16,606 nt of DNA from positions 1 to 16,606 of IMG/VR virus record IMGVR_UViG_2623620506_000007, one strand, 5' to 3'. Under the pieces are notes generated by a model. That model made no database searches, was not told where the DNA came from, and saw nothing but the letters and a program-made list of their open reading frames with translations. Position numbers and translations under genes: made by a program. The DNA is from a virus. Lineage: Duplodnaviria > Heunggongvirae > Uroviricota > Caudoviricetes. This document shows positions 7,919 through 16,606 of this stretch, in pieces. Every line of letters starts with the position of its first letter. The stretch's first letter is position 1.

Positions 7919-8992
7919 TTAACCGCCACCTGGAACTCCCCTTGCGATTGCAGAGCTCGATAATAAATCCTTCGCCCCGCGCGCCATACACATGAGGTCC
8001 ATATACCATGGATTTCCCCTCGTATCACCGGTGTAGCTGATTGACTGAACTATGTAAACGCCATCAGTTGCCACACTGGCGGGCTGCGCAATAGTGCCGC
8101 CAAGGGAAAGGTTACCATCATTGCTCGACTCTGTGATCCTTGACTGTGATCTTTGAATTTCGTCGTTGGGCAGCTGCGAACGATAGACTGATGCCTGGTC
8201 CAGCTGGATCAGGCCATTCACACGGATGTTTGGGTTGATGAGACAGCGAACATTGACGCCGGCGCCCATGGTTTGCTGGGGCATGCCGACCAGTCCCGTT
8301 TCACTACTGAGCACGCTCGCTTCATGAAGGTATTTATTCTCAGGCACCATTTGCAGCTGGCCGTCGACAAATTGCCAGTTAGCCTCGCACTGCGCCGCCA
8401 GGTTGCTCATGTAGTCGCGCGTTGCGCCGAAGAAGACGCGACCACGTGGCATGACACGGTCAGGAAACTGCACGGTGATGCCCTGGGTGATGCCGTAAGG
8501 CGAAAAGTCCTTCATCAGAAGTGAATGCACGTCGGCAAGCTTATATCCTGCCGCCAGGCTACCGGACGATACGGCTTCATTGAACGCCTTATGGCCATCC
8601 ACCGACTGAATTAGCGTAAAAATATCGGTAGGATTATCGCGCCCGGTTATCGTAAAACGGATCTCTCCATCAAAAATAACCCCGTAATTCTGCCCGCGCG
8701 TCTGGCCGGTTTGCTCAGATGAAATCTCGGTAACCTGCCCAACCTCACTTTCGGTAACCGTCGGCGCCAGGCCGTTATACCCGGCTATGATGGTAATGCG
8801 AGAAAACTCATCCCCCGTAATCCGGGTGATTGTGTCACGCTTGAGGTTGTAAATTTTAAGCGTCGCCACACGTGGCCACATCGAGTTAAACCAGTCGATT
8901 GCGAAGGTAACTTTAAAGTCCGACAGGGATATTCCGTTCCCCTTGTCGTTCAGAAGCCGCAGTTCAAAATGGCGATTCCAGTTAATAGTCAT
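7919..8992 (-). CDS. Probable baseplate hub protein (P2 gpD / Mu gpP-like)
   Basis: 357 aa in the position that follows the tape measure and small tail proteins and precedes the spike in Mu-like tails. The call is based on gene order and size only. Confidence 0.45.
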   Translation of the reverse strand: MTINWNRHFELRLLNDKGNGISLSDFKVTFAIDWFNSMWPRVATLKIYNLKRDTITRITGDEFSRITIIAGYNGLAPTVTESEVGQVTEISSEQTGQTRGQNYGVIFDGEIRFTITGRDNPTDIFTLIQSVDGHKAFNEAVSSGSLAAGYKLADVHSLLMKDFSPYGITQGITVQFPDRVMPRGRVFFGATRDYMSNLAAQCEANWQFVDGQLQMVPENKYLHEASVLSSETGLVGMPQQTMGAGVNVRCLINPNIRVNGLIQLDQASVYRSQLPNDEIQRSQSRITESSNDGNLSLGGTIAQPASVATDGVYIVQSISYTGDTRGNPWYMDLMCMARGAKDLLSSSAIARGVPGGG

Positions 8993-8995
8993 GCG

Positions 8996-9301
8996 CTATT
9001 CCTGAACAAAATAAAGATGGCTCGAGGCACCAAGGTTTGTTTTCGTCGGGTATTCAGGGGCGCCGTTGTCTGTCATAACCACCAGCGCGCCAGATATCCC
9101 CAGATCCGGATACTGAGCCAAAAGGTTAACTCCCGGCACCAAAGGAACACCCATTAACAGAGGTTGCGCGCCGCTATCCATCACGTCCATTATCCAGCCG
9201 GCATCATCGCGCCACAGCACGCGGAGCGTATAGCTTACGTCGCCCAGGGTGATGCGAAACTCCTGGTTATCGGGAATCATAGGTATCTCATTAACGCTCA
9301 T
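8996..9301 (-). CDS. Tail / baseplate protein, function unknown (101 aa)
   Basis: Translationally coupled on both sides: ATGA overlap with the upstream gene, and its stop lies 3 nt from the hub start. Confidence 0.5.
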   Translation of the reverse strand: MSVNEIPMIPDNQEFRITLGDVSYTLRVLWRDDAGWIMDVMDSGAQPLLMGVPLVPGVNLLAQYPDLGISGALVVMTDNGAPEYPTKTNLGASSHLYFVQE

Positions 9302-9876
9302 GGTCCCCTCGCAAAATCAGCTATTTTCTGAATTACAGATGAACTGCTGGTCGGCACCAGAGATTTCATCCCTGTATTTTGTACTGGCGCAGTGCTGACC
9401 CCTTCCTGCATGTTGGCCTTATCCGTAACAGTGATGCTCTGCGTATCAGACATGATCACTTCCCGGAGCGTCAGAACGCATGACAGCACATTTTCGCTGG
9501 TCCGGTCCGTGGTGACCTCGATAGCGCGTATCAGCATATTGCTGTAGGTGCGCTTGCCGGTGACAACATCAAACGGCACCCGGGATTGTTGCAACTCCAG
9601 CAACTGCTGATAAATCTCCCTCGGGCTCTCGCCAACCCGCAAGCCTATGCTGGACAGATTCACCAGGTCGAGTACCGACCCGCCGCCGGCAAATCCGCAC
9701 TCCATAGTGACCTCACTGGCGCGCTTATAGGCGTGGTCGTTTATAGCGGCGCCAAACTCCACCGGATGTTCAGTAATTTCCAGAGCATCAACATGCTTCT
9801 CCGATACCACCACGTCAGGCACAAAAATACCTATTTTCCGAGACTGCAGCCGGAAGATGGCCGACAAAATATCCAT
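9298..9876 (-). CDS. Tail protein, function unknown (192 aa), directly after the tape measure gene
   Basis: Its ATG at 9876 overlaps the tape measure stop (ATGA). Confidence 0.5.
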   Translation of the reverse strand: MDILSAIFRLQSRKIGIFVPDVVVSEKHVDALEITEHPVEFGAAINDHAYKRASEVTMECGFAGGGSVLDLVNLSSIGLRVGESPREIYQQLLELQQSRVPFDVVTGKRTYSNMLIRAIEVTTDRTSENVLSCVLTLREVIMSDTQSITVTDKANMQEGVSTAPVQNTGMKSLVPTSSSSVIQKIADFARGP

Positions 9877-11864
9877 CAGTAGACCCTCGGTTGTAGCTGC
9901 TGAGTGAGACGGGAGTTAACGCCGGATTGACGATCGGCAACCTCCCGGCCAGTGGATGCCGGGTCGCTCGCGCCGTAAATGTTGATGTTCGTTTCCTGGC
10001 TAATCTGAGCTGGTGCGCCAGCCCCCACTCCAGCAGCCATAGTTACCAGTTCGCTTGGATATGGGTTGCGTCCGTTTTCATGGTGGATAATCCCATTCAT
10101 GAGTGATGACAGCACCTGAGGATCTTTCAGGTTCAGTGCGGTATCTGGCGCGACACCGAGTAATTTAGAGAGCTGCGAAATATACGCCTCAGTGTTGTTT
10201 TCACTATCTGGTGCCCAGGTTGAGATGATTTCACTTAGTGTCTGCAAAGGCTTGCCCGTTGTTTTGCCTTCAAAGTAACGCATCAACTGCCGTGCCATTG
10301 CTTTCAGCCCATCAAATGCAGAGCCAAATTTGGCAAATCGCCCTCCTGCCCTCTCTAACTGGGCGCCTTCCTGCCCTTTGAAATCGAGGTTGCCTGGGTT
10401 GTTATTTCTGATGCCACGAGGCAAAGCTGATTGAGCGTGCTGATCTGGGTCTTCCTCACCAGTAAACCATCTGCCAATGCTTCGCGGATCAAAACCAGTC
10501 CGGCTCTTAATCCACTCGGCGGTATTATTCGCGCTATCCGAAACAGCCGGCAAAGCATCGGGATTATCTCTTCCCTGCGCCAGCAGGTTCTTGCCGATCG
10601 CATAAGCATCAGACCACCGGCCCTCGTTGATGGCGTTAATCAGATCGCCAATCATCTTGATCATCTTGCCAAACTCACCGAACTGCCGGGTAAGATTTTC
10701 GATGTCGCCTTTAAGGGTCCAGTTTTTGAGGTTGATATTGAGCAGCTTAGCGATTTCAACTCCTATCGCCTTCACGGAATCCCGCAGCTCGGCCAGCGAT
10801 TTCAGGGCAGCCTCTATTTCTGGCTCCCATTTATCCCAGGGCAGCAGGCTTTGACCGCCTTCTTTCCAGGTTTTGTAGTCGTCGTATAGCGCGAACAGCG
10901 CCGAGCCTAGCGCGATTACGATACCTATCGGCGATTTGAGGAACTCAGTGTTAAGCAACTGCCAAGCCGAGACCAGCCCGGACACAAGCATGATCAGCTG
11001 CTGTATATCGGGCGGCAGTTTTTTGAACCACTCAATCAGGCCACCTACCGCCTGCGAGACGCGCCACGCCATCTGGGTAATGACATCAGCAGCAAAGAGC
11101 ACCCCCTTCACTATCTTCGTGACCACGCTCTCTATCTTCGGCCAGTTCTCCAGCATCTGCTTGCTGAGATTGTTCAGCGTGCCGCTCAGGCCGCCGGCCA
11201 GATTCGAGCCAACCTTATCGCGCAGGATCCCCAGTAGCGAAACGAAGTTGCGCATGGAGGTCATGAACTTGTTGGACTGCTGCGCGGCCTTGTCAGCATC
11301 AAAGCCTGTCTTCTGCATCATCGACTGGTATTCAGCCGTGAAGCCGGACATTCCGCGCCGCATTGCCATCAGCGTGTTTTCGTCAATGCCCAGCATCTGC
11401 GCGAACTGGTTGGCACGATAATAGGGCATGGTGCTGAGGCGCTGGCCGACGCCGGTGAAGATAGCCGACATGTCACGCATCTGTCCGGAAGCGTCCCGGG
11501 TCTGCACCCCAAGGCGGTTCAGGAAGCCTTCGGCTCCGGGATTGCTGCGCATGAAGCGTGCCAGGCTCTCCAGTGAGTTCTGGGCAGCCTCGGCGCTGGA
11601 GCCGGTTTGTGAGGCAGCGTAGCCAAGTGCCTTGATGCCGTTGACCGATGCCCCGGTGCGTTCCGCGGCCCAGTAGAGTTTATCCAGGCCGCTGGCGATC
11701 GAGGCAGTGAGGCCCACGATGGCCAGCCCCGTTGACTCAACCACGGCCCCCAGTTTTACGACGTTTGCAGCCACACCTTTGAGCGTGGCTTCAAATTTCG
11801 CCTGGCCGGCGCCATCAATGTCGAACCCCAGAGAGACCAGGTAATCACGGATAGTATCAGCCAT
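9876..11864 (-). CDS. Tail tape measure protein (662 aa)
   Basis: Position after the chaperone, size, and Ala/Gly/Gln-rich helical sequence. There is a hydrophobic segment at about residues 290-327 and a distinct motif-rich segment at 483-605 (RGIRNNNPGNLDF ... HHENGRNPYP). GGAG lies about 13 nt upstream of the ATG at 11864. Confidence 0.85.
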   Translation of the reverse strand: MADTIRDYLVSLGFDIDGAGQAKFEATLKGVAANVVKLGAVVESTGLAIVGLTASIASGLDKLYWAAERTGASVNGIKALGYAASQTGSSAEAAQNSLESLARFMRSNPGAEGFLNRLGVQTRDASGQMRDMSAIFTGVGQRLSTMPYYRANQFAQMLGIDENTLMAMRRGMSGFTAEYQSMMQKTGFDADKAAQQSNKFMTSMRNFVSLLGILRDKVGSNLAGGLSGTLNNLSKQMLENWPKIESVVTKIVKGVLFAADVITQMAWRVSQAVGGLIEWFKKLPPDIQQLIMLVSGLVSAWQLLNTEFLKSPIGIVIALGSALFALYDDYKTWKEGGQSLLPWDKWEPEIEAALKSLAELRDSVKAIGVEIAKLLNINLKNWTLKGDIENLTRQFGEFGKMIKMIGDLINAINEGRWSDAYAIGKNLLAQGRDNPDALPAVSDSANNTAEWIKSRTGFDPRSIGRWFTGEEDPDQHAQSALPRGIRNNNPGNLDFKGQEGAQLERAGGRFAKFGSAFDGLKAMARQLMRYFEGKTTGKPLQTLSEIISTWAPDSENNTEAYISQLSKLLGVAPDTALNLKDPQVLSSLMNGIIHHENGRNPYPSELVTMAAGVGAGAPAQISQETNINIYGASDPASTGREVADRQSGVNSRLTQQLQPRVY

Positions 11865-12102
11865 TATTCTGGGCTCTCCATTTGGCTACAAGCGCGTCGT
11901 TATCGTCACGCATATCGAGGTAATCGTTAAGCAGCGCGATGCGGCACAGGTCCACTGCACCGCTGTCGAGGTCTTTCTGATCGAGGTTAAAAGCGAGCGC
12001 CGGACGCAGGATGTAGTCTTCCCCGCCCGGCATCGTATTGAAGGTTATTCCGCTGGCGGGGTGTTCGTCTCGCTGGTAGGGAGTCCTTGCAAAAAATTTC
12101 CC
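11857..12102 (-). other. -1 frame extension ORF of the tail assembly chaperone, reached by a putative programmed frameshift
   Basis: Frame-0 sequence CUG GGA AAU UUU UUG holds overlapping slippery heptamers G_GGA_AAU and U_UUU_UUG (plus 12090-12102). The -1 frame is then open for about 69 codons through the gap to a TGA at 11859..11857, overlapping the tape measure start. The gap is otherwise unannotated. Confidence 0.45.
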
Positions 12103-12470
12103 AGCGAATCGGCGACCACCCGCGCCACAAGCTGCAGCATCACGAACAGGTCGATATCATCAAAGGCCATGGTGCCCTGCTGGCACACCGGCACCCAGGC
12201 GCTCATATGCTTGCGCGCTACCACCTGCAGGCAGGGAAAAAGGATCGCATTCACGTCGTCATCACTGAGGCCGGAAACGGCGCCAGCGATCTTCGGCAGA
12301 ATACTTTCCATCGCGCCTTCGGTGTCTTTGGCATTCAGCTTCGTCTGGATGTTACGGAAGTCAGAAACCAGACCCGCCAGAACCGGCAGCAGCTTGCGGG
12401 ATACCTTTAGCTGTTCGAAAACGCTTAACTTAGCGATACGGTACTGCTGATCCTTGATAGTAATTTCCAT
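12045..12470 (-). CDS. Tail assembly chaperone (lambda gpG / P2 gpE analogue)
   Basis: 141 aa between the tube and tape measure genes, acidic C-terminal half, with a frameshift-accessible extension downstream. Confidence 0.7.
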   Translation of the reverse strand: MEITIKDQQYRIAKLSVFEQLKVSRKLLPVLAGLVSDFRNIQTKLNAKDTEGAMESILPKIAGAVSGLSDDDVNAILFPCLQVVARKHMSAWVPVCQQGTMAFDDIDLFVMLQLVARVVADSLGNFLQGLPTSETNTPPAE

Positions 12471-12473
12471 GAA

Positions 12474-12914
12474 TTAATACTCCCCCAGGAACGGGTCGAT
12501 TTTGATGCAGTCGAACACCCAGGCCACCGTCCCGCCCTCTTTGGCGTTCTGCCAGTCGGGGTGCTTCTGAAAGGCGCCGCCGCGCGCGGTCATGATGTCG
12601 CCAGATGCAGTGTTGCGGAACACAAAGACGTTATTGCCCCACAGCGCGGAAGACTGACTTTGTGCGTTGTAGGCCAGGGACAGCTTTTTGTTTACCGGCG
12701 AGGTTTTCAGGAGGTTAACGGTTACCGTTCCAGCCTTGCCGGCGTGCAGGGAGTGCATGCCCTCACCGTCAGCGCCGATCGTCATGGTGTTTTTATTTTC
12801 AACCATGGCGACGGTGATGCCCTCTTCTGAGTTGGCAGAACCGGCGCCGAGGTCAATCACCCCGGTGGGGCCAGTCATTGACCCCGTGATATCCAGAAAA
12901 GAATAAGTGCTCAT
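12474..12914 (-). CDS. Tail tube protein
   Basis: 146 aa immediately downstream of the sheath gene, typical size and position. G-rich RBS before the ATG at 12914. Confidence 0.7.
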   Translation of the reverse strand: MSTYSFLDITGSMTGPTGVIDLGAGSANSEEGITVAMVENKNTMTIGADGEGMHSLHAGKAGTVTVNLLKTSPVNKKLSLAYNAQSQSSALWGNNVFVFRNTASGDIMTARGGAFQKHPDWQNAKEGGTVAWVFDCIKIDPFLGEY

Positions 12915-12925
12915 TCAGTGCCCCC

Positions 12926-14416
12926 TTAGCGCACCACGTCGATTAATACATCAGCGAAGTGGATAGCCCCCGCCAGTTTGGTTGCTACCTGAATCACCGG
13001 CGCCTTACGCGCTTCACGATCTGCCTGCGCCTGGGCGTTGAGCGGGTTCGCATAAACGTAATAGCCTTTGGTCAGCATATCGCCTGATGTCAGCTGTCCG
13101 ACGTCACCGCCGTTCCAGATCCCCGGTGCCACCAGACCGTTGTTTACAGACTGGTCCATAGACTGTTCGACATTGGTCACCAGGCGCGTCACGCCCGCTT
13201 CGGTCTGCGGGATTTTGGTGGTTGAGGTGTAAAGCAGGTTCCAGAGGTTGTTCTGGACGTAGTTCTGCAGCCAGTCGAGACCGTGGCGCTCGTCGAAGAA
13301 GTCGCCGTTCGACATCACGCCTTCCTGGATGATGGCGGTATCGTTGGCGTAGCGCACAAACACGTTGCAGTTTTTTGCCTTGAGCGTGTCGGCCTGCTGC
13401 GCGGTGATCGTTTCGGCAGTGATGCCCGGCTCCTGCTTGAATTTCAGGGTGATGGTGGTGTTGTTACCCAGGAAATTTACGGTGAACGCGCGACCGAAGG
13501 CGGAAGCTGCCGCATATGGCACCTGGCTGTACTGGCAAAACGTACGGCCATAACCAGCAGCTTTCAGCCTGTAGGCAATATCCGTGGTGCTGGTTGAGTC
13601 CAGGACCTCGGTCGCCGCAGTTGTCACACCGTACACCCGGGAATCGCTCGCAGAGCCGATCAGGGCAGATACATCGATATGGTCCTGGTCCGTCATTGCA
13701 GTATCGGCGATAACCAGTCCATACCAGTCGGCTGAGTAGTTCAGCGCTGTATTCACCGACGGCAGCACTGAGGATGAGGCATCCTGGCCGTTTGACACGG
13801 TGGGGTTATGCGCTGAGTCAATGCCCAGCAGCGGCGCCAGGTCAGTGCCTGTGCCGGCAGCAACAGGAATACCGATCGCCGAGGAGGCCCCGGTAGTGGA
13901 AGATGTCACCACAAACTGATTCGAGCCGGCCACGTAGGAAACGGTGGTACCGGTAAGTTTCGCAGTGACGGCGGTCGCTACTCCGGCCAGATCGGTCACC
14001 GCTGACAGGTCGATACCCGTTACGGTTTTAACAGTGCCGTCCACCGAGATCTTAATCGCACCATCGTCGATCGCGGTAAAGTTTGCTATCGCCTGCTCTG
14101 CAGAGGTCAGTACAGCACCAGTGAGCTTGCCGGCCGTTGCCGGGCTGGAGGCGCGTTCCAGTTTGCCGATATACAGATCGCGGGGCTGCGGCGACTGCTG
14201 GAAGTAAAGGTTTGCCGCCTTGTACTCTTCAGCGGTAGTGCCAAAGTCAGTGGCGACACTTTCGATATCCTGGTAAAGGCGCATCACTTCTGGGGCAGTG
14301 ATTACGTCGGCGGTGCCGAGAACCAGCAGCGCGCCGAAGTTACGCCCGGCCGCCGCGCGAACGGCGAGCGCGACCTGCACGCGAACGACGCGTGATACAG
14401 ATAAGCCGTTAGGCAT
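12926..14416 (-). CDS. Contractile tail sheath protein
   Basis: 496 aa, Thr/Ser/Ala-rich with a conserved-looking C-terminal region, followed by tube, chaperone and tape measure genes. GGAGA lies 8 nt upstream of the ATG at 14416. Confidence 0.85.
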   Translation of the reverse strand: MPNGLSVSRVVRVQVALAVRAAAGRNFGALLVLGTADVITAPEVMRLYQDIESVATDFGTTAEEYKAANLYFQQSPQPRDLYIGKLERASSPATAGKLTGAVLTSAEQAIANFTAIDDGAIKISVDGTVKTVTGIDLSAVTDLAGVATAVTAKLTGTTVSYVAGSNQFVVTSSTTGASSAIGIPVAAGTGTDLAPLLGIDSAHNPTVSNGQDASSSVLPSVNTALNYSADWYGLVIADTAMTDQDHIDVSALIGSASDSRVYGVTTAATEVLDSTSTTDIAYRLKAAGYGRTFCQYSQVPYAAASAFGRAFTVNFLGNNTTITLKFKQEPGITAETITAQQADTLKAKNCNVFVRYANDTAIIQEGVMSNGDFFDERHGLDWLQNYVQNNLWNLLYTSTTKIPQTEAGVTRLVTNVEQSMDQSVNNGLVAPGIWNGGDVGQLTSGDMLTKGYYVYANPLNAQAQADREARKAPVIQVATKLAGAIHFADVLIDVVR

Positions 14417-14419
14417 GAT

Positions 14420-14971
14420 TTAATCTCCGAAAAATTGTACTGGAGCAGAGAGGATGGATTTGATGCCGTACTCGCGTACCGTCTTGCGCCGTAGCGTCAC
14501 GGACAGGTCGTAGCGGCGCTGCCACTGGTTGTTGACGAGCTCCGGTGCCGGGATGATTCGGCCCACCTCGCCGAGCGTGAGGCCGACGCGATTTAGTTCA
14601 GCATTGTTCTGGGACACGAACAGACCGTTACGAAACGTTTTGGCGTAAGCCTGGCCTGCAGGTCCGTAGAAACAGCAGAGCACCACCAGCGATTCGAATT
14701 GCCACTGGTAGTCGGTGTCGTCGTCTTTGGTTACGGATGCCGGGTTGGCTGTGTCCTGGAAGTCTGTGATACCAAACCCGCACCAGTTGGTGCCCAGCAC
14801 CGGGATCGCTGGCTGAGGGTCGGTGAAGCGTGGTATGGCCATGCCATCCGGCAGACCAGATACACCACGTATCCACCGGCTGAGCTCGCGCTCAAGCGCT
14901 TGGTCATACTGCGGCGCCGGGCTGACTGGCGTCAGGTAACCCGGTTGCGTGGTGTCATTCAACTGGAGCAC
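14420..14971 (-). CDS. Phage structural protein preceding the sheath (neck or tail-terminator candidate)
   Basis: The track ORF begins at a TTG at 15043 and overlaps the upstream gene by 89 nt. The GTG at 14971 with GGAG upstream is the preferred start; an ATG at 14842 is an alternative. Start is uncertain. Confidence 0.4.
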   Translation of the reverse strand: MLQLNDTTQPGYLTPVSPAPQYDQALERELSRWIRGVSGLPDGMAIPRFTDPQPAIPVLGTNWCGFGITDFQDTANPASVTKDDDTDYQWQFESLVVLCCFYGPAGQAYAKTFRNGLFVSQNNAELNRVGLTLGEVGRIIPAPELVNNQWQRRYDLSVTLRRKTVREYGIKSILSAPVQFFGD

Positions 14972-15341
14972 CCCCGTTAAACTCCACCAGCTCACAGTGG
15001 GCCTGAACGAACCCGGCGCCGTATGAGGTGTACGGATCCACAAAAGTTACGCGGTAATGCCGCCCGTTGTAGAGCACCACGTCGGCATCCTGCCCGGGCT
15101 GGCCCTGCGTTAAGCGGAAGGTGGTAATCACCAGGATTGCGCCGTCAATAACCTGCCCTGCCGCCATGCGCCGGGCTTCCAGCGAGCGGTCGACGGTAAC
15201 CACGCCGTTGAACGGTATATCCTCCGGCGTATTGGTCACGAAGCCGTCAGCATCTTTCGCCTGGTGGTTACGGATACAGACCAGCGTGTAATCGCAGAAA
15301 TCTGGATCCGACAACACATCGGTTACATCGAGAAAAGGCAT
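14955..15341 (-). CDS. Phage head-tail joining / neck protein candidate (128 aa)
   Basis: Part of the translationally coupled string upstream of the sheath (TAATG overlap at 15341). Function inferred from position only. Confidence 0.4.
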   Translation of the reverse strand: MPFLDVTDVLSDPDFCDYTLVCIRNHQAKDADGFVTNTPEDIPFNGVVTVDRSLEARRMAAGQVIDGAILVITTFRLTQGQPGQDADVVLYNGRHYRVTFVDPYTSYGAGFVQAHCELVEFNGGAPVE

Positions 15342-15847
15342 TATTTTTTACCTCTCACAACAAATGTGATCGAGCGAAGCAGGTAGCCGTGGTCATACAG
15401 CGGCTTAATGCCTGTGAACCCGCGTCCCCGCCGTCTCTGGATAGTGAGCTCGGATACGGGCTCCAGCCGGTCCCCGTCGGTAATAACGCGCTTCGCGGCA
15501 TCCGATGCCAGTTGCCCTGCGTTAGTAAACTCGCGCTCAGCACCAGAGAAATTGCCATCCAATGCAAGGCCGGCTGCCGTGCCGAGATGCTCAGAAGTGA
15601 TCTTTGACGAATCCTCAATACCGATGTCCAGGAACGGGCGCGGCGGCAAGGTCACCTCCTGCCCACCGAGCCGGACCGTTGCCCCGGTGGATTGCAGATA
15701 GGCGATCTCAGCGTTGTTGAGCTCTTCCCTGTCTTCACGCACCGCGTTGGATTCAGGGATACCCACCAGCACATCCATCCGGGACAGCCTGTCCAGACCA
15801 GCCAGCACCGAGGTGGCATTGTCCGCCCTGACCTTCACGCCGCTCAT
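15341..15847 (-). CDS. Phage head-tail joining / virion morphogenesis protein candidate (168 aa)
   Basis: The ATG at 15847 overlaps the upstream stop (ATGA); the track start at 15886 is a longer alternative. Confidence 0.4.
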   Translation of the reverse strand: MSGVKVRADNATSVLAGLDRLSRMDVLVGIPESNAVREDREELNNAEIAYLQSTGATVRLGGQEVTLPPRPFLDIGIEDSSKITSEHLGTAAGLALDGNFSGAEREFTNAGQLASDAAKRVITDGDRLEPVSELTIQRRRGRGFTGIKPLYDHGYLLRSITFVVRGKK

Positions 15848-16251
15848 AGCAGTTGCCGCCCGCCAGCACCGAACATAGACCACCACCAGAAGAACTCCTG
15901 CCCGTACCCGGTTTTATTCCAGAACCCGGCGTCGGGGTTGATGGTGCCCGAATTGTCATAGCTGACGCTGACCTTATCGACAGACTTCGACGATGCCACA
16001 CCGCTACCGCCGCTACTGACAAAGCCGCCCGATACGCCAGCCAGCGCTCGACCGCGCAGCTCAACGTAATGCGCTGTGAACAGCTCAGCCAGGTAAACGA
16101 ACTGGTCGCCGTGAATGTCCTGGTTGAGGATGGCGTCAGCCTGTCCGAGGTAAAAATTTACGGAGGCGTCTGGATAGCGGGTGGTGTTGGCGAACTCAGG
16201 GAAGTCGGTGCGGAACTGATCACTTGTTGGCAGAAGGCTGTTTTTTGGCAT
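15844..16251 (-). CDS. Phage protein, DUF4054-like head-tail connector candidate (135 aa)
   Basis: The ATG at 16251 is preceded by a perfect AGGAGG 6 nt upstream; the track start at 16272 is a TTG. The Gly/Ser-rich middle and FFWWW C-terminus recall DUF4054-type proteins, from memory. Confidence 0.45.
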   Translation of the reverse strand: MPKNSLLPTSDQFRTDFPEFANTTRYPDASVNFYLGQADAILNQDIHGDQFVYLAELFTAHYVELRGRALAGVSGGFVSSGGSGVASSKSVDKVSVSYDNSGTINPDAGFWNKTGYGQEFFWWWSMFGAGGRQLL

Positions 16252-16606
16252 TGCCAGCCTCCTGTGATGCAAGCTTCTCAGTCAGCTCATCCAGCTGCTG
16301 TTGCAGGCCGGTGATGGTGCCGTCTTTCTCTTCGATTTGCTTCAGCTGATCGTCGATGGTGGTGGTCTTTTCATCCAGCTGCTGTTGCAGGCCGGTGATG
16401 GTGGTCTCCAGCCCGGAGACCTTAAGCGCGAGGTCTTCGTCGCTCTGGCTTTGCTTTAGCTCATCTTCGCTGATGGCCTGCGCATGCGCACCAAACGCCC
16501 AGTGCTCAGTAACGTGCTTATCGAAGCTGTGCACGCCGGGGGTAAGTTCTACCTGCGAACCATCGGAAAAGCGCAGCACGGTCCCGGTATTTACGAGATA
16601 TTTCAT
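16220..16606 (-). CDS. Coiled-coil protein with internal repeats (128 aa); start coincides with the window edge
   Basis: N-terminal domain of about 50 aa followed by a heptad-like coiled coil with a duplicated TITGLQQQLDE unit and a Lys-rich tail. Confidence 0.5.
   Translation of the reverse strand: MKYLVNTGTVLRFSDGSQVELTPGVHSFDKHVTEHWAFGAHAQAISEDELKQSQSDEDLALKVSGLETTITGLQQQLDEKTTTIDDQLKQIEEKDGTITGLQQQLDELTEKLASQEAGNAKKQPSANK
16287..16403 (+). repeat. Perfect 33-bp direct repeat (two copies, 84-bp period) inside the coiled-coil gene
   Basis: tcatccagctgctgttgcaggccggtgatggtg occurs at 16287-16319 and again at 16371-16403. Confidence 0.85.

Larger units (their letters stand above)
1094..16606. 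mobile_element. Prophage left end, contractile-tail type, continuing beyond the right edge of the window
   Basis: Foreign DNA begins where the sdsR match ends. It holds a uniformly oriented operon of sheath, tube, tape measure, baseplate, fiber and Tfa genes, with cargo genes next to the junction. No integrase is in the window; it is presumably at the other end. Confidence 0.8.

Noticed and set aside
14955-15043. Track N-terminal extensions that overlap upstream genes by 30-110 nt (starts at 2670, 4331, 8028, 15043, 15886, 16272)
   Set aside because: Several of these begin at TTG. Internal ATG or GTG starts that give ATGA, TGATG or TAATG coupling, or sit behind a good Shine-Dalgarno, are more plausible. 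The 14420..15043 start remains uncertain.
16287-16403. CRISPR-like array suggested by the identical 33-bp repeats
   Set aside because: There are only two copies, both in frame within a coding sequence and encoding a repeated peptide, with no leader or cas genes.

Overview
The window is the left junction of a contractile-tailed (myovirus-type, Mu/SfV/e14-like) prophage inserted at the pphA-sdsR locus of an Escherichia-like chromosome. Everything here was read by eye from the sequence and ORF track; no searches were run, and family names rest on recalled motifs. 1-1093 is chromosomal: a yebW-like small ORF, pphA (PP-family Ser/Thr phosphatase) and a 3' fragment of the sRNA gene sdsR/ryeB, with the junction near 1094. 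1094-2994 is cargo: a LexA-boxed operon of a 91-codon unknown ORF translationally coupled to a full-length umuC, with no recognisable umuD. 2995-16606 is one minus-strand late operon of tightly overlapping genes, from head-tail joining proteins through sheath, tube, chaperone (with a -1 frameshift extension), tape measure, baseplate and tail fiber. It is interrupted at 7205-7919 by a low-GC moron encoding two small signal-peptide proteins with their own terminator. The two most interesting items are the umuC partner ORF and this moron.
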